DNA from: Octopus vulgaris | Lineage: Eukaryota | Direction: 5' to 3' | NCBI GenBank assembly: GCA_951406725.2 | Contig: OX597819.1 | Coordinates: forward strand, 20,584,001 to 20,648,000 | DNA length: 64,000 nucleotides | Shown here: piece by piece, positions 12,516 to 27,947 of the stretch | How positions within the stretch are numbered: the stretch's first letter is position 1 | How the letters are laid out: each line of letters begins with the position of its first letter | Notes under the pieces: model-generated | Databases searched by the model: none | Told to the model about the DNA's origin: nothing | Seen by the model: only the letters and a program-made list of their open reading frames with translations | Position numbers and translations under genes: made by a program

Positions 12516-12942
12516 ATAGTTAGCTATATCTACACACTTATTTCTGTAGATTATAAGAATATATTTGTAACGCCAAGCCTGGTTTCATTGTTATTATTCT
12601 AGCTACTGAAATCCAGGTCATAAGTGACTCAGTGGAAGCATAAGAAGAGACGAGTTGAAATTCAAATCAGAAAATGACCTTTGGTTGAATTACAGATGCA
12701 TATTTTAAATATTTTTTTCTGATTCAAGTATATATAAAGGTATATACTTACATACACACCTAGACATGCATGATACCAGCACACACACACACTCGTGCAC
12801 GCGCGAAACATAGCATCAGTGTTTGTTCATGCAACATAAGATAATACTCTCCGTCTTTATAGCTATAAATAATTATCATGCATGTGTTGTGAGTTTGTGT
12901 TTGGAGGATGGCCCCCCCCTCCTCTCTCTCTCTCTCTCTCTA

Positions 12943-12944
<2 letters not shown>

Positions 12945-13022
<78 letters not shown>

Positions 13023-13450
13023 TCGTGTGTCTGTGTGTTTAACTTCCCGGTACATCTCCTCCTAGCCAACAAATCGTAGAACCACCAAAAATGGGTCACT
13101 TAAAGTTTAGGCAAATGGAAATTGAACAGCGCTATTTCTATTCCGTAATTCATCTCGCAAGTGCAAAAATCGATAATGTGTTTGTTTAGGCCTTATCCAA
13201 TGCTTTGAATAGTGAACTTTACTCAGTCAGCTGTTTGACGTGAACGGTGTTCACCACGCGTGCAAGCATGCGTAAATTGCATGAAAAACAAAAAATTAAG
13301 ATATAAAAACGAAGCGCAGTAAACATTGTAGAAATTCGGCAAAGAAATTAATTTTCGGGATGTAGCCTGGAGGGATTTCTCGTATTAAGGGTTTGAACTT
13401 TGTGAACACATACCACTTGTTTTCATAACATTTTTAACGATTTGAATTAA
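12945..13450 (+). mobile_element. Helitron-like 5' fragment
   Basis: TC(TA)n-AAAACTCGTGTGTCTGTGTG start resembles the 37153 Helitron start; no 3' hairpin/CTAG found. Confidence 0.45.
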
Positions 13451-13859
13451 ATGTGACCACTGAGTCTGCAGTTTGAATCCCTTTGACCAAATTTTTGGCC
13501 GGATTTTCGATCATCACGATACATCACCAACGACTCCCTGAAACTCTCTCCTGAAATCCCTGTTGAGAAATACTGATCTAAAAGAATAATTCAACAATGC
13601 AGTTATTTGATCAACAAAAAATTATGAAACACTTCTCCGTACTTCCTATTGAGGAAATGGAACACATATGCGCAAAAATTGAGGGCATTAAATGCTTGAT
13701 TTTAAAACCAAAATACTTGAATTTTGATTGAACTTCATCCAAGTTTAGCTTAATTCGCGCGTGCATAGAACGCACAGGCGTACGAGCTTTCGTCCATTCC
13801 ATTGGAGTTTTCAAATTGAACTATATATATATGCATGTGTGTACATGTATATATATATA

Positions 13860-13907
<48 letters not shown>

Positions 13908-14410
13908 TGTATAGACATACATTTATGCATATCTATACGTCTGTAAGTATGAATGCATCCGCATGTATGTATATATATATATATACACTTGAAGTACCCC
14001 GGTAGACTCAGTTAATACAGGTTGGATAATAATTTCCTCAATATTCTTTGGTGAGATTAAATATCTGAATTTAAAATGAAGATGTACAGAGAAAGGTTCG
14101 TGGAATATGCATGTCTAAAATCTTAACTGTGTATGTTTACATCCGATGCAGATAACCTCGCTAATGAAACTTACGTAGAGAGTAAATGATGAAAAGTTGT
14201 ATTTAGCACAAGTTCATATGTATGTGTTTTAGAATATGTATGCGCGCGCATGTTCTTCTACATTATCTGACGAGCAATATTAGAATGAAACTAGTTGTAA
14301 TGTAAATACGGAACGTGTTCCCATTATGTAAAAATTCGTTAATACAAAGCAATTTTTTCCTCTATACGTATGTGCCTGTCTGTAAGCGAGTGTTTGTGCT
14401 TGTGTGAATG

Positions 14411-14466
<56 letters not shown>

Positions 14467-15019
14467 CATGCAGAAATACATACATATATCCACATATACA
14501 TGCGTACGTAGATACATACGTCCATACATACATCTACATCTCAGCAGTGGACTATAATTAAGGGTTATATGTTAAACGAGTCCATGTGTTTCATCCAATC
14601 TCCACGTGAAGAAATAATTACAAGTTTAGAAGCATATTATTATTCATACTTTGAAAAAGAGAAACCTCCATTGTATGAAACTGAATACAGCTTATTTTTA
14701 GTATATATGCATTTCTTTATTAGTTTTTATTGTTGTTCGTATATTCATTATGATACTAATATTCCTCATCATTCTTTTATCATTGCTCCTATTGAAATTC
14801 CTTCAGGCCGTCTATGTAGACTTGGTCTTCTTTAATTACAGACAAGAAGGAAACCATTCAATTTTACCGACAAAACTCTTCATTCTTCTACGATGCTGAC
14901 ACATTTCATAGATTTCCTGCGTCTCATCGAATATTCCTTACTCACAGTTCAATACAATGCAACTGTTACAATAACGTCAGGCAATTTAACTTATATTTAT
15001 CATCTAACTACGATGGTAA

Positions 15020-15051
15020 AGGTAATAATAATAATAGTAATAATAACAATG

Positions 15052-15102
<51 letters not shown>

Positions 15103-15165
15103 GCAATAATAATAATAATAGTAATAATAGTAATAATAATAATATTAATAATTATAATAGTAGTA

Positions 15166-15213
<48 letters not shown>

Positions 15214-15345
15214 GTAATAATAGTAATAATAGCAATAATAATAATAATAATAATAGCAATAATAATAATAGTAATAATAGTAATAATAATAATATTAATA
15301 ATTATAATAGTAGTAATCATAATAATAATAATAATAATAGTAATA

Positions 15346-15378
<33 letters not shown>

Positions 15379-15440
15379 ACAACACTGGTTGCAGCAACAA
15401 GGACAACATTAATAATGATGATGATGATGATGATGATGCC
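15020..15440. repeat. (AAT)n/(AGT) compound microsatellite with an internal block duplication, ending in (GAT)n
   Basis: Block GCAATAATA...ATATTAATAATTATAATAGTAGT occurs twice (about 15103 and 15256). Confidence 0.9.
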
Positions 15441-15620
15441 GTACCAGGCAGAGGCTCTCTTGTGGCTTCTGATCTTAACTGATTGGAAGTGTTATCATGT
15501 ACATTGTTTTGTCTTGGTATAAAAGATGGGCTACAGCAAATATTCTGCTCAGTACCACAGATTTTCTTGTCAATTGTTTAACTATACCCGGTTGAGCATG
15601 TCTTTCTGTGGCTGACAATA
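15440..15620 (-). mobile_element. Probable SINE 3' fragment with (CAT)n tail
   Basis: Complex body ending on the minus strand in a (CAT)n run; resembles cephalopod SINE bodies from recall only. Confidence 0.4.
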
Positions 15621-15624
15621 TATG

Positions 15625-15800
15625 TCTGTCGTACACTGAGGTATGGTAACGTTCCTCACTAATCGTCATCACCACGATTAATTTTCGACATCTGAAAGTT
15701 TCAAGCAGCTTCCCATTGCGGCACCCGTTGCACCTTTGTGCTGGTGTGTGTGTGTGTGTATGTCGAGGTGTTCGGCATTTTTTGAGGTGGGGATATTGTA
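15625..15800 (-). mobile_element. Dong/R4 5' UTR fragment
   Basis: Reverse complement AAGGTGCAACG...CTTTCAGATGTCG...GTGATGACGATT..GAACGTTA..TACCTCAGT matches 40580-40670. Confidence 0.65.
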
Positions 15801-16042
15801 TCAGTATGTTTAATTTCTTCTTGTTATATTAGTTTTTATATTATTTGTTGTTTGTGCCGCGTAGGTTGTGTTCATCTGTCGAGTCTTGGACAACTATGAG
15901 ACATCTCGAGGCCTTCGTTCATTTTGTATATTGGAGGCGTGTTGCATAGTTGTGCGTGTGTAACATTTAAATCAACTATTTTATAATAATTATGATTATC
16001 CCTCCGCCGTTCTTTTGTTTCGTTTTGTTATGGGTTCTGTTA

Positions 16043-16176
<134 letters not shown>

Positions 16177-16238
16177 CACTTTCATTATAATCTTTAATAT
16201 CATTTTCTTGACTGATACCTACGGCAGAGAAACGCATC

Positions 16239-16299
<61 letters not shown>

Positions 16300-16301
<2 letters not shown>

Positions 16302-16515
16302 TCATTAAACTAAACACACCAGATTGTTCATTTAAAAAGTCATGTGATAGCAAAAAAAAGGAATAATTCACAGTGACAATGCTCCTCTCAATACATGTGA
16401 CCCCACTGTCAATTAATACAGTCTTTTTGCACTGCCTGCATGGATGGTAATCTAGGGATCATTGTCAAATAATTTTCAGTTCCGTTTTTGATCATTCCAA
16501 TTGCTCCTACAAGCG
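16300..16515 (-). mobile_element. Dong/R4 3' coding fragment
   Basis: Translates LVGAIGMIKNGTENYLTMIPRLPSMQAVQK...SHVLRGALSL*, homologous to the C-terminus at 27713-27853; (TAA)n lies downstream on the minus strand (16043-16175). Confidence 0.75.
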
Positions 16516-16616
16516 CTACACAAACAGCTGTAAGTCGAACAGCATAAAGGAAAATAAGTAAAGCCTATTATTTGTGTTTTCCTATACATATGTATGTGAG
16601 AATGTAAATATATATA

Positions 16617-16658
<42 letters not shown>

Positions 16659-16722
16659 TGTGTGCGTGGGTGTATGTATATGTATATAAATATATATGTA
16701 TGTATGTGTATATATATATATT

Positions 16723-16767
<45 letters not shown>

Positions 16768-16793
16768 GTATATTTATATATATATATTTATAT

Positions 16794-16972
16794 AATTTAT
16801 TATATAGAAGGATTATACAGGACTAGTACTGTTTCATTCAAGAGAAATCAGGAAAGAAATCTTCAGTTCCTGAAGATTTCTCTTGAATGAATATACTAGT
16901 CCTATAATATATAATAAATTAATTTTACTCTGCTATGTATTGAGTACCTTACTTATATCAACCCGGGACCTA
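16794..16972. mobile_element. Foldback element with degenerate hammerhead motifs (family B), opposite orientation to 62977-63170
   Basis: Inverted arms around CTTCAG-ttc-CTGAAG; flank TTTACTCTGCTATGTATTGAGTACCTTA...CCCGGGACCTA is the reverse complement of the 62977 flank; bounded by (TA)n. Confidence 0.8.
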
Positions 16973-16984
16973 TATATATATATT

Positions 16985-17400
<416 letters not shown>

Positions 17401-17679
17401 TTCCACGCTTCGTAAATATTAGATAAAATACTTTTAATATTAAGTACGTCTTAATAGCTAAAAATAAATTTTTTTCACTCAGCTGGCTCTTATTGTCAGT
17501 ATAATTTGCAAGAATATCACGTGGCCGCACTTATGCCCCAAGTCTGATAGTCATTTAATATTGTACAGTATGCTTGCTACGCTTACCTGACAACGTGCCA
17601 AAATTTAAGCAGCTAATTCAACTGAATCTTAATTATATTTCATATATATACATGTGTGCGTATCTAAGAAATACACTAT

Positions 17680-17805
17680 GAAGACTGTGGTCGGTCCGAC
17701 TCTATAATAAAAGACACTTGCCTCAAAGTACCACGCTGTGGGACTGAACTTGGAACAATGTCGTTGGTAAGCAAGCTACTTACGTCGTAGCCACTCCTGC
17801 GCCTA
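17680..17805 (-). mobile_element. CORE-type SINE 5' portion
   Basis: Reverse complement AGGCGCAGGAGTGGCTACG...GTTCAGTCCC...AGGCAAGTGTCTT. Confidence 0.8.
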
Positions 17806-17832
17806 TATAAATATATTTATTTATTTATTTAT

Positions 17833-18049
17833 AGCTGCCAAAATATCACAATAACTGCTACTCAGACTTTTATGCTTCCGTTCGTCGCGCAGAATATGCA
17901 TCACATCTGACCGACGAACTTGACCGTGAAAATCTGAGTAGCACTTTTTTTGTGGCTTTTGGAGCTTTGATATAAAAGCATATTACTCTACCTTCGCTAT
18001 ACTAGTACTATTTCTCCCACCTCGTTCTGCACTTATGTGCATACTCGTG

Positions 18050-18052
<3 letters not shown>
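17833..18052. mobile_element. Foldback element with hammerhead-like motifs (family C)
   Basis: Arms TGCTACTCAGACTTT..GTTCGTCG (17855-17887) and CCGACGA-AC-ttgacc-GT-GAAA-ATCTGA-GTA-GCA (17911-17943); same family as 44128. Confidence 0.65.
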
Positions 18053-18088
<36 letters not shown>

Positions 18089-18764
18089 GTATATATATAT
18101 ATGCATGCATGATGCATGTGTGTATATGTGCAAGCGTCTGTGTCTGCCTTGACACATCTGTAGTGTAGCTTTGTTGCTACTTTTGTTTGTAAACAAGTTA
18201 CAAAACAATCACCTCCAGCCTTATATTAGTTATCGCTCAATAAACACAGTAAATCAGATTTTATGTTCCAAACTTAAACACCGCATGACAAACAAATACA
18301 TGTTGTCACAGAAACAAGGGCTCCGATGGCTTCTCAATTCCGCTGTTAACCATACTAGTTAGAAAAACTCAATAATTGTATACGTTCCTTCAAGAAAAAA
18401 TTCTGCCAGGAATCTTAATAATTACATTTAACGATTGCGAAAATTATCATAATTTCGTTATAATTTTTTTTTTCTTTCTGATACAAATGCAACGTTTCAT
18501 ATTACTACTGGTGTTGTTTGTTTATCATGTTTTTCGATATGACGTTTGAGGAAGATGTCGATGGAGAAGTTAACCCTTATGGTGATGACGACGATGAAGA
18601 CGACGATGAATACGATGGTAATGATCATGATGATGATGAAGTAGTATTGATGGTGACATTCATATCATCTGTAATGCTCGTGTGAGAAATTATATTTATG
18701 TTTACTTTTCGACGTCTCTTGACAAATATTGTTTAAACACAAGCACGCACACGTACGCGCGCGC

Positions 18765-18869
<105 letters not shown>

Positions 18870-18889
18870 TAAAAACGGTAAAATAACAA

Positions 18890-20585
18890 AAGAAAGAAAG
18901 AAACCTCAATATTATGTAAATAGAGGAAATTTATCTATAAAATAATATGTTACATTTATTCAATAGTCAAGATAAAACTTTGAGTTTCAGATGCCGAAGT
19001 GGAAATCCACAACACCATCTCTTCGGTTATCTGGCCATCTGAAAAACGCTATGAATAAATACCGTTATATAAAGGGAACTTACTGTGTTATAATTCTGCT
19101 CGCAGACCCAAGTGCGTACTTATACGTAACTATGAAAACGTACACATCTTCACTCGCATTTTTCGCCAAATATATACGCATATATATACAAACTCATACA
19201 CACACATATGCGTACCGTAAAAGTTATACATACGCCTATATACGCACAAGCACAAGAAAAACCATGGTTAAATGTAACAGAAAAAAACATAAGGAAGTAT
19301 ACAAAGCATAAAAACCACGTTCATATACGGACATACCCCTATGCACTCATACACACACACACGCCCATATATGTACATACCCGCACATATTTATATATGC
19401 ATACATACACACGCATATACAAAAAATGAATATACATATGTCCCCCCCACCAAAAAAAAAATGGAAAAATACTAAGTAAAAACGTCTATATATATATGTG
19501 CATTCTTATGTCCGCACACACGCACTCATACATATTCACTGCCCACTCATACATATTCACACACGTGTACAAATGAATCTATATACACATCTATATAGGC
19601 ACAGGAAAAAATGCAGGATAGAAAATTACAGAAAAAATTAGTGTGTGAAAATATAAACGTATATATGAAATAATAAAAGGTATAATGAGATAAAAAATAC
19701 TTTTTGGGACATAATATAGAAAGCAAGTTCTATCTGTTTTCTTTAGGGGACCAAAAACGTAACAAAAATTTAGTCACATGTCGGCATGATCCGAAAAGTT
19801 CTGTCCTTGAGTTTAGACATGTAGAAGGGTCTAAGCTGCTTTTCCAGATAAGCCATCTCTCCATGTCGCATAGGCCGCACCTTCCGCTGCCGTTGGTGTA
19901 GGGCTTACATTTGGCCAAAATCTTCCAATGGATGTATAATCAACACCTTTATCTTTTAAAGACCAAATATGATTAGATAATTTTGTCGCTTTTCTTTTGT
20001 TCCAGTGTCTAAAACTCAAGGTGTGGTTATTGAACCTGGCCTAGAAATTACCCTCTATAAGGCTCACGTATTTCTTCGTCGAAACGGTGTCTTTAGTGGT
20101 TATAGAGTACACGGTAGCTTCATAGATGATGGTCTCGGACATGCAAGCTCCATTTAGCGGGCATAAGTTTTTATTCCTGCATGAACAGCTGTTTTCTTGT
20201 TGTGGTTTGTGTGTGTTATGTGTGATTATATTTTTAAAATTGGTAGTAGAACTAAAACTAATTTTTAAATTGTGTTTATTGAAGAGTTTCCTATAAGTAT
20301 GGTTGACTGGAAAATATCTATCTATCAGTGTTAAGAAATATTTACCTATATTGAAGGTCACCTCGGTTGAGTAAGGGGGTGTAAACCAGATGATCTTCTT
20401 ATTTCTATTTTTCCTCTTCTTTACTGTTGGGCTAGTAACTGGTGTATATTTTATTTTTTCGCTAAAACCACTATCTTTTAAAGCCTTATTATAAACTGGG
20501 GCAACGCTATTAAAAATGTCCTTATCGGAGGAGAGGCTAGAAATTCTCTTACTAATATTTTAAACTAAATTTTTGAATACTATAC
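18890..20585 (-). mobile_element. Penelope-like element (Neptune-type), 5'-truncated: RT thumb, Cys linker, GIY-YIG, 3' terminal repeat with hammerhead
   Basis: IIWFTPPYS, CSCRNKNLCPLNGACM..IIYEATV, KYVSLIEGNF, T.LSNHIWSLK, CGLCDMER..I, LNSRTELFGSCRH; frameshifted. Confidence 0.9.
18971..19031 (-). ncRNA. Minimal hammerhead ribozyme-like motif at the Penelope 3' end
   Basis: GATAA-CCGAAGA-GATG...GTGGAttTCCAC...CATC-T-GAAA-CTCAAA-GTT-TTATC; stem I GATAA/TTATC. Confidence 0.65.
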
Positions 20586-20587
20586 TC

Positions 20588-20795
20588 AGAAAGAGATGCA
20601 CGTATATCAATCTTTCTCACTCTATGTATATATACATGTGTGTATGCGATAATTTATTTGATAGAGGACAACATCGAAGTTGCAATTCCTAAATACTTTA
20701 CTTCTAAGAAGACATGAAATTGATTCTTTTAGCAATGATGTCAACCATACTTCTTTACAAGAGCTGTACACACGTCTGCTATCGCAATTAATACA
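20588..20795 (+). repeat. About 205-bp direct repeat, copy 1 (copy 2 at 28170-28377)
   Basis: AGAAAGAGATGCA...ATCGCAATTAATACA is colinear in both copies with only scattered substitutions. Confidence 0.92.
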
Positions 20796-20804
20796 TATAT
20801 AGGT

Positions 20805-20995
20805 ATATTTACAAAAATCATACGACGAAGACGGGTGTGTAAACACCAAACATATGTATTAGTTTAACGCTCGGGAGGTGGAAAATTCTTTTCACGTTTC
20901 AAGCCTATGCTCTGCGACACACAGGAGCACAGAAATAAACATAGGGAGTAAATAAAAATAAAAGGTTTATTGGCTAGCGATCTATCATGGCGAAT
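20805..20995 (-). mobile_element. Penelope-type terminal fragment with degenerate hammerhead (family D)
   Basis: Homologous to 55175-55385; reverse complement TCGCAGA-GCATAGGCTT-GAAA-CG-TG. Confidence 0.6.
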
Positions 20996-21015
20996 GTGTG
21001 TGTGTGTGTATATGT

Positions 21016-22410
<1,395 letters not shown>

Positions 22411-22412
22411 AT

Positions 22413-22611
22413 AAACTTAGATTGGTCCAAGCCATGTATAACTTAATAGCACCACCTGAGAAGATTATCTAAATCCGTTTTAGGTCAAATTTTGTGGTAT
22501 TATGTTCCATTCAAGTTGTGAGTTCATGTTGAATTAGCTGCATCCACCCATAGGTGGCTTATCTGGTATTCATTGAAGAAAGTTGTCCAGTCTCCGGTTA
22601 AAAGTTTGGGG

Positions 22612-22615
<4 letters not shown>
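22413..22615 (-). mobile_element. 3' fragment of the same CR1-group LINE family as 4061-8752
   Basis: Reverse complement matches about 8500-8692 (ATACCAGATAAGCCA...CAGGTGGTGCTATTAAGTTA.ACATGGC.TGGACCAATC). Confidence 0.85.
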
Positions 22616-22647
<32 letters not shown>

Positions 22648-25600
22648 GATACACCGGGGGACGTTTAAGATGTAAGAACGATAAAACAGAGCTCCGAAAT
22701 CTATCCACAAACATCGAAAACAAAGACATCGTATGGAGTCAAAGATTTACTAACAAGGGATTGGACTGTATCCGAGTAATAAATACTCATTGAAATTTAT
22801 TACTATTTTCGGAACGAAATGATGTATTTTGAGTCGATATCATCTCTACCTCTAACACAACACATGTAAATATGCGTGGTACATTACGATCCATCAACAC
22901 CAGATCATCCCCGACCCCAAACACCATGTACAAAGGAACTACGAAGAAATTAAGTACCACCGATATTATTCAACCCAAGAATAACAATGTGACAACAGAA
23001 ATGAACGGACCGGTACCCAACAAAAATGACGACCGTCAAAATAATGGGCCGGACGTTGTTCCTCATGTCCCGCAAATAAAACCCAAAATACATAAATGGA
23101 CACGTGAGGAATACATTTCTATCCTAAACGCATACTTCACAGCAGTGCTCTACCCAAAAAATGAAAACACAACAACACATACATATAAAATATGGAAGGA
23201 AAATAACATAAATGTAGACTTGGATACAGCAATGAACCCTAATAAACTAGCTAACGTACGAAGATACATTCTCGACGCAAAAAAAATATCAGAAATAGAA
23301 ATAGAACATCTAAAAGAAAATATACACTAGGAAAATGTAGATAGAAGCCACACAACAATGCCCAATAATATAAACACTGAAACAGTAAAACACGAAGCAA
23401 ACGTAACATTCCCAACAAACACGATGTAAACAAAAAGCAACAAACTCAGACCGTAAGGATGCATAATAATACACGACAAACAGCAAGCCAAAACACAACA
23501 AACAAACATATAAATAAGAAAGAAAGCGACACAAATCTAAAACCTGGAAACGACGAAGGGGAGCCTAATGATTATGATAATATAAAAAGTAAAATAATCA
23601 AAGAACTGAAAACCACAGAGCTCAAAATGGACCACCGACCATACCTCCCAAAAATCAAAATAGACAAAACAACAACACCAATTATAAACAGCATAAACCT
23701 AGCCGTCACGGAACTAATAGCCACTGAAACAAAAAGCGATATCACTGAGCTAAATGACTTAGTATACGCAGCAGCCACTGCAGCCACAAAAGAAGCTGGA
23801 TACTCATTCAAACCCATCCAAACAGAAGTACCACCACCCAAACAAACCCTGTGGATAAATAACATCAAAACAAAATACAAAAAATGAGAAAAGATCTGTC
23901 GATTCTTAATGAAATTAGTAGACAATCAACGCTACTGAGCAACAAAAAGAAAACAAAAATACTCCTCAACTATAACATCACAGAGAAAGATTTACCTGAG
24001 ATAAAAGAAAAGCTGAAACAAGATATCCTTGCCAAAGCACAAAGGATCCGCCGGTACGAGAAACGCCAGCGCTTCTTTGAACAAAACAAAAAGTTCAACT
24101 CCAACCCCCAAATGTCTACCAAGAACTTGGCAAAAATAAAATAGAAATCACTGCAGCACCAACGTCAGAAGTGGAAGAATTCTGGAGAAAAACATGGTCG
24201 GCGAACGAACAACCCGAAAAAAAGAGTATTAAAACAACAAACTCAGCATCTGAGCAACTTTGGACCCCCATAACAACTGAAGAGGTCACCCAGGCACTGC
24301 AAAGACTAAGCAACTGGAAGGCACCTGGGCATGACAAGATCGCCAACTTCTGGTTGAAATATCTAAAAGGAATGCATAAAAAGCTGGCTGAAAACGTTAA
24401 CAACCTACTAGCAGAGGCAGAGACAATGCCTGAATGACTCACGAAGGGGAAAAACCATCTTTATTCCCAAATCAAATGAGACAGCAAAACCAGAAAACTA
24501 CAGACCAATAACCTGTCTCCCTACAATGTACAAGGCATTTACTGCAGTGATATCGCAAAGGTTGAACAAGCAGCTGGACGAAAATAACCTGTTTCCAGAA
24601 GAGCAGAAAGTATGCCGCAAAGGCTCATATGGCTGTAAAGATCAACTAATGATTGATAAAGCCATAACTGAAGACAGCCACAGAAAGAAGAAAGGCCTCA
24701 GTATGGCCTGGATCGACTTCAAAAATGCGTTTGATAGTATCCCCCGCACATGGATCCTCGAAACACCTGCCATTAACAAACTAGCACCAACAATTATAAT
24801 ATCCATAGGGTACTCTATGAATAAATGGCAAACAGTGCTACAGCTCCAAACAAAAGAGGGACTCATGAAAACCAAAGACATCCCCATTAGAAGAGGAATA
24901 TTCCAGGGAGTTACGCTCTCTCCACTCCTTTTCTGCTTGGCACTGTCACCTCTATCTGATATGCTAAATAGAACTGCATGCGGATATAGATGTTACGGCA
25001 AAACGATCAGCCACCTTTTATATATGGATGACCTAAAACTATACGCTGCAAATAACAAACAACTGGAAACACTATTAAAATCAGTTCATGGGTTTACCAA
25101 AGAAATATATATGACATTTGGATTAGAAAAATGCACCTAAGTAACCATGAAAAGAGGAAAACAAGTTAAGAGTAGCAACATCACACTAGATAAAACCAAT
25201 GAATAAAAGAATTAGACCGAAGCCAAACTTACAAATACTTAGGAATCCATGAACTAGATAAGACACAACACACACAAATGAAAGAGAAAATTAAAAAAAA
25301 AATTATAGACGAGTTAGATCAATACTAAAAACAGAGCTCAATGCTAAAAACAAGATGATAGATATTAACTTTTCAGCTGTCCCAGTTATAAGTTACAGCT
25401 ACAATATCCTTAACTGGACACTAAATGAACTGATCAAAATAGATAGGAAAACAAGAAAAATAATGACAGGATCTAGGATGCATCACCCAAAATCTGAAAG
25501 AATATATATACGACGTATAGAAGGTGGTAGAGACCATATACAGCTGGAAAACTACTTTAAAATGACCATCATAGGTCTGCAAAGATATCTACTTCAGAAG

Positions 25601-26416
25601 GAAGGAAAGCTGATTCAAATAGCGGCAAAACACGAGCAAAAAAATGTTCTCAGTATTTAAGGAAGCTGACAAATACAAACAAGAAATCATACCACCTAAT
25701 AAATCTGAAGAAGAAGAAGAAGAAGAAGAGGAAACAACAAAAGCTATAAAACAAATGAAATCCAAATTAAAACTAGAACAGCAACGAACCATGATAAAAC
25801 AATGGCAAGAAAAGCCCCTTCATGGTAAATACTAAACGCAAAAGAAATAGACAAAGAAAAATCCCAGCAATGGTTGAGAAGCTCAGGACTCAAAGCAGAA
25901 ACAGAGGGTTTTTAATTGCAGCACATGACCAAAGCCTCCCCACCAGAAATTACCAAAAACATGTAATGAAAAGAAATATAACAAGTAACTGCAGAATATG
26001 TTGAGATGGACAAGAAACAATAAATCATATTATCTCTGGCTGCCTAGTCCTGGCTAAGAAGGAATATATTCATAGACATGACAGAGTTGGAACCTACATA
26101 CACTGGAAGCTATGCCAACATTATGGAATAACAACAGAAAAAGATGGTATAGGCATACACCAGGAGAGGTCACAGAAAACGAGAAAGCAACCATACTCGG
26201 GGATATGCCGATACACACAGATAGAGAAATTAAGGCCAACAGACCAGATATAGTTTTCAGAGATCATGAAGAAAAAAATGCTTTCTAATTGATGTATCAA
26301 TACCGGCCGATGACAACGTGTCTCTAAAAGAAATGAAGAAACTTTCAAAATACAAAGACCTGGAAATAGAGGTAACCAGAACGTGGAATCTAAAAACAGA
26401 AACAATTCCTCTCATA

Positions 26417-27710
26417 CGAGGGGCGTTCAATAAGTAACGACCCTGGCCCACTTGCAATTGTTTGATCTAGTTGAAATTTTTCGTGTGCTATTATTTATAT
26501 CTCTATAGAGTAAGCGGCAAATTACAGCTCTAAACTAATTGAGGTTTCTGATTTACAGGTGTTTGAACTGAGTCAAGTGTGAAATGGAGCCTGTTGAGTG
26601 TCGAGCAGTGATCTGGTTTTTGTATTTGAAAGGACGCAAACCACGGGAGACTTTTGATGAAATGAAAGTAACTTATGGTAATGTTGCCCCATCATATGAC
26701 CTTGTAAAACGCTGGCATCGTGAATTCAAACATGGTCGGAACTCGGTGGAAACAGCTCCCAGATCTGGTCGCCCCCCTTCTGCAATTGATGAGGCATCTG
26801 TCCGTCAAGTTGAGGCTGCCATTTTGGGAGATCGACGAATAACTATTCGCCAAATAGCCCACGAGTTCAAGATTAGTACCGGGTCTGTGGAAACTATCAT
26901 TCATGACAATTTGCATATGCAAAAGGTGTCTGCCAGATGGATTCCCAGGTTGCTCACACCTTTCCAGAAGCAAGAACGCGTCGAGTGCTCGAGGATGAAT
27001 TTGGAGATGTGCCAAGAAGATGAATCAACATTTTTCAAAAGTCTGATTTCACAGGATGAAACCTGGGTCCATCACTATGATCCAGAGACCAAAGCCCAGT
27101 CAATGCAGTGGAAGCACCGTGACTCACCTCCTCTAAAGAAGGCAAGGGTGCAGCCCTCCGCTGGTAAGTTCATGCTCACAGTCTTCTGGGACCAGGACGG
27201 AGTATTGATAACAGATTTCCTGGCAAAGGGTGCCACAATTACAGGAGTCTATTATGCTTCACTTTTGAGGAAATTAAGAGAAACTAGCAAAATCAAGAGG
27301 CGGGGCAAGATCAGCAATGGCATCCTCCTCCTGCAGGACAACGCTCCGGTCCACAACTCGCTTGTCGCTACATCAGAAGCACAGGCGTGCGGCTATAAAC
27401 TCTCCCCCCCTCCACCCTACTCTCCTGACCTCGCACCTTCTGATTTTCACCTCTTTCCAGCCATGAAGTTGTTTTTGAAAGGAAAGCGTTTCCCAGATGA
27501 CGCAGCCTTGATTTCTGAAGTCACTTCGTGGTTGGAGGACCAAGCTGGGTCTTCTAAAAAAAACGGTCTCCAGAGCTGTATCAACCGATGGGAGAAATGC
27601 GTAACTCTGGGTGGTTCCTATGTAGAGAAAGACTAATAACTGTGCAAAGTTTCGTTGCTCTACTGCTATGAGAAGTGAGTTAGGGGCATATACTTATTGA
27701 ACGCCCCTAG
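26417..27710 (+). mobile_element. Full-length mariner (irritans/Hsmar2-like), 1294 bp
   Basis: TIRs CGAGGGGCGTTCAATAAGTA / TACTTATTGAACGCCCCTAG, TA duplication at 26415 and 27711; removal restores the Dong frame TIPLI|VGALGMI. Confidence 0.96.
26584..27636 (+). CDS. Mariner transposase DD34D, uninterrupted 350 aa
   Basis: WIPRLL, QDETW, LQDNAPVH, PYSPDLAPSDF; 34 residues between 2nd and 3rd catalytic D. Confidence 0.95.
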   Translation: MEPVECRAVIWFLYLKGRKPRETFDEMKVTYGNVAPSYDLVKRWHREFKHGRNSVETAPRSGRPPSAIDEASVRQVEAAILGDRRITIRQIAHEFKISTGSVETIIHDNLHMQKVSARWIPRLLTPFQKQERVECSRMNLEMCQEDESTFFKSLISQDETWVHHYDPETKAQSMQWKHRDSPPLKKARVQPSAGKFMLTVFWDQDGVLITDFLAKGATITGVYYASLLRKLRETSKIKRRGKISNGILLLQDNAPVHNSLVATSEAQACGYKLSPPPPYSPDLAPSDFHLFPAMKLFLKGKRFPDDAALISEVTSWLEDQAGSSKKNGLQSCINRWEKCVTLGGSYVEKD

Positions 27711-27947
27711 TAGTAGGTGCATTAGGCATGATAAAAAAATATTCAGACAAATACATAACAAAAACACCAGGACTTACAAACACATATAACATACAGATAA
27801 TTGCACTACTAGGCACTGCACACATCCTACGCAGAACACTTTCCATACAATAACCATCGGAGCATCACAACAAATCACAGCACATACCTAAGGCACACAG
27901 AGCTGCGCTCGGTAGTGAAGTGAATGCACGCTATAAAAATAAAACTA

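Noticed and set aside
13555-13580. hAT/Charlie-like terminus GTTGAGAAATACTG
   Set aside because: Only one end found, no matching TIR or TSD
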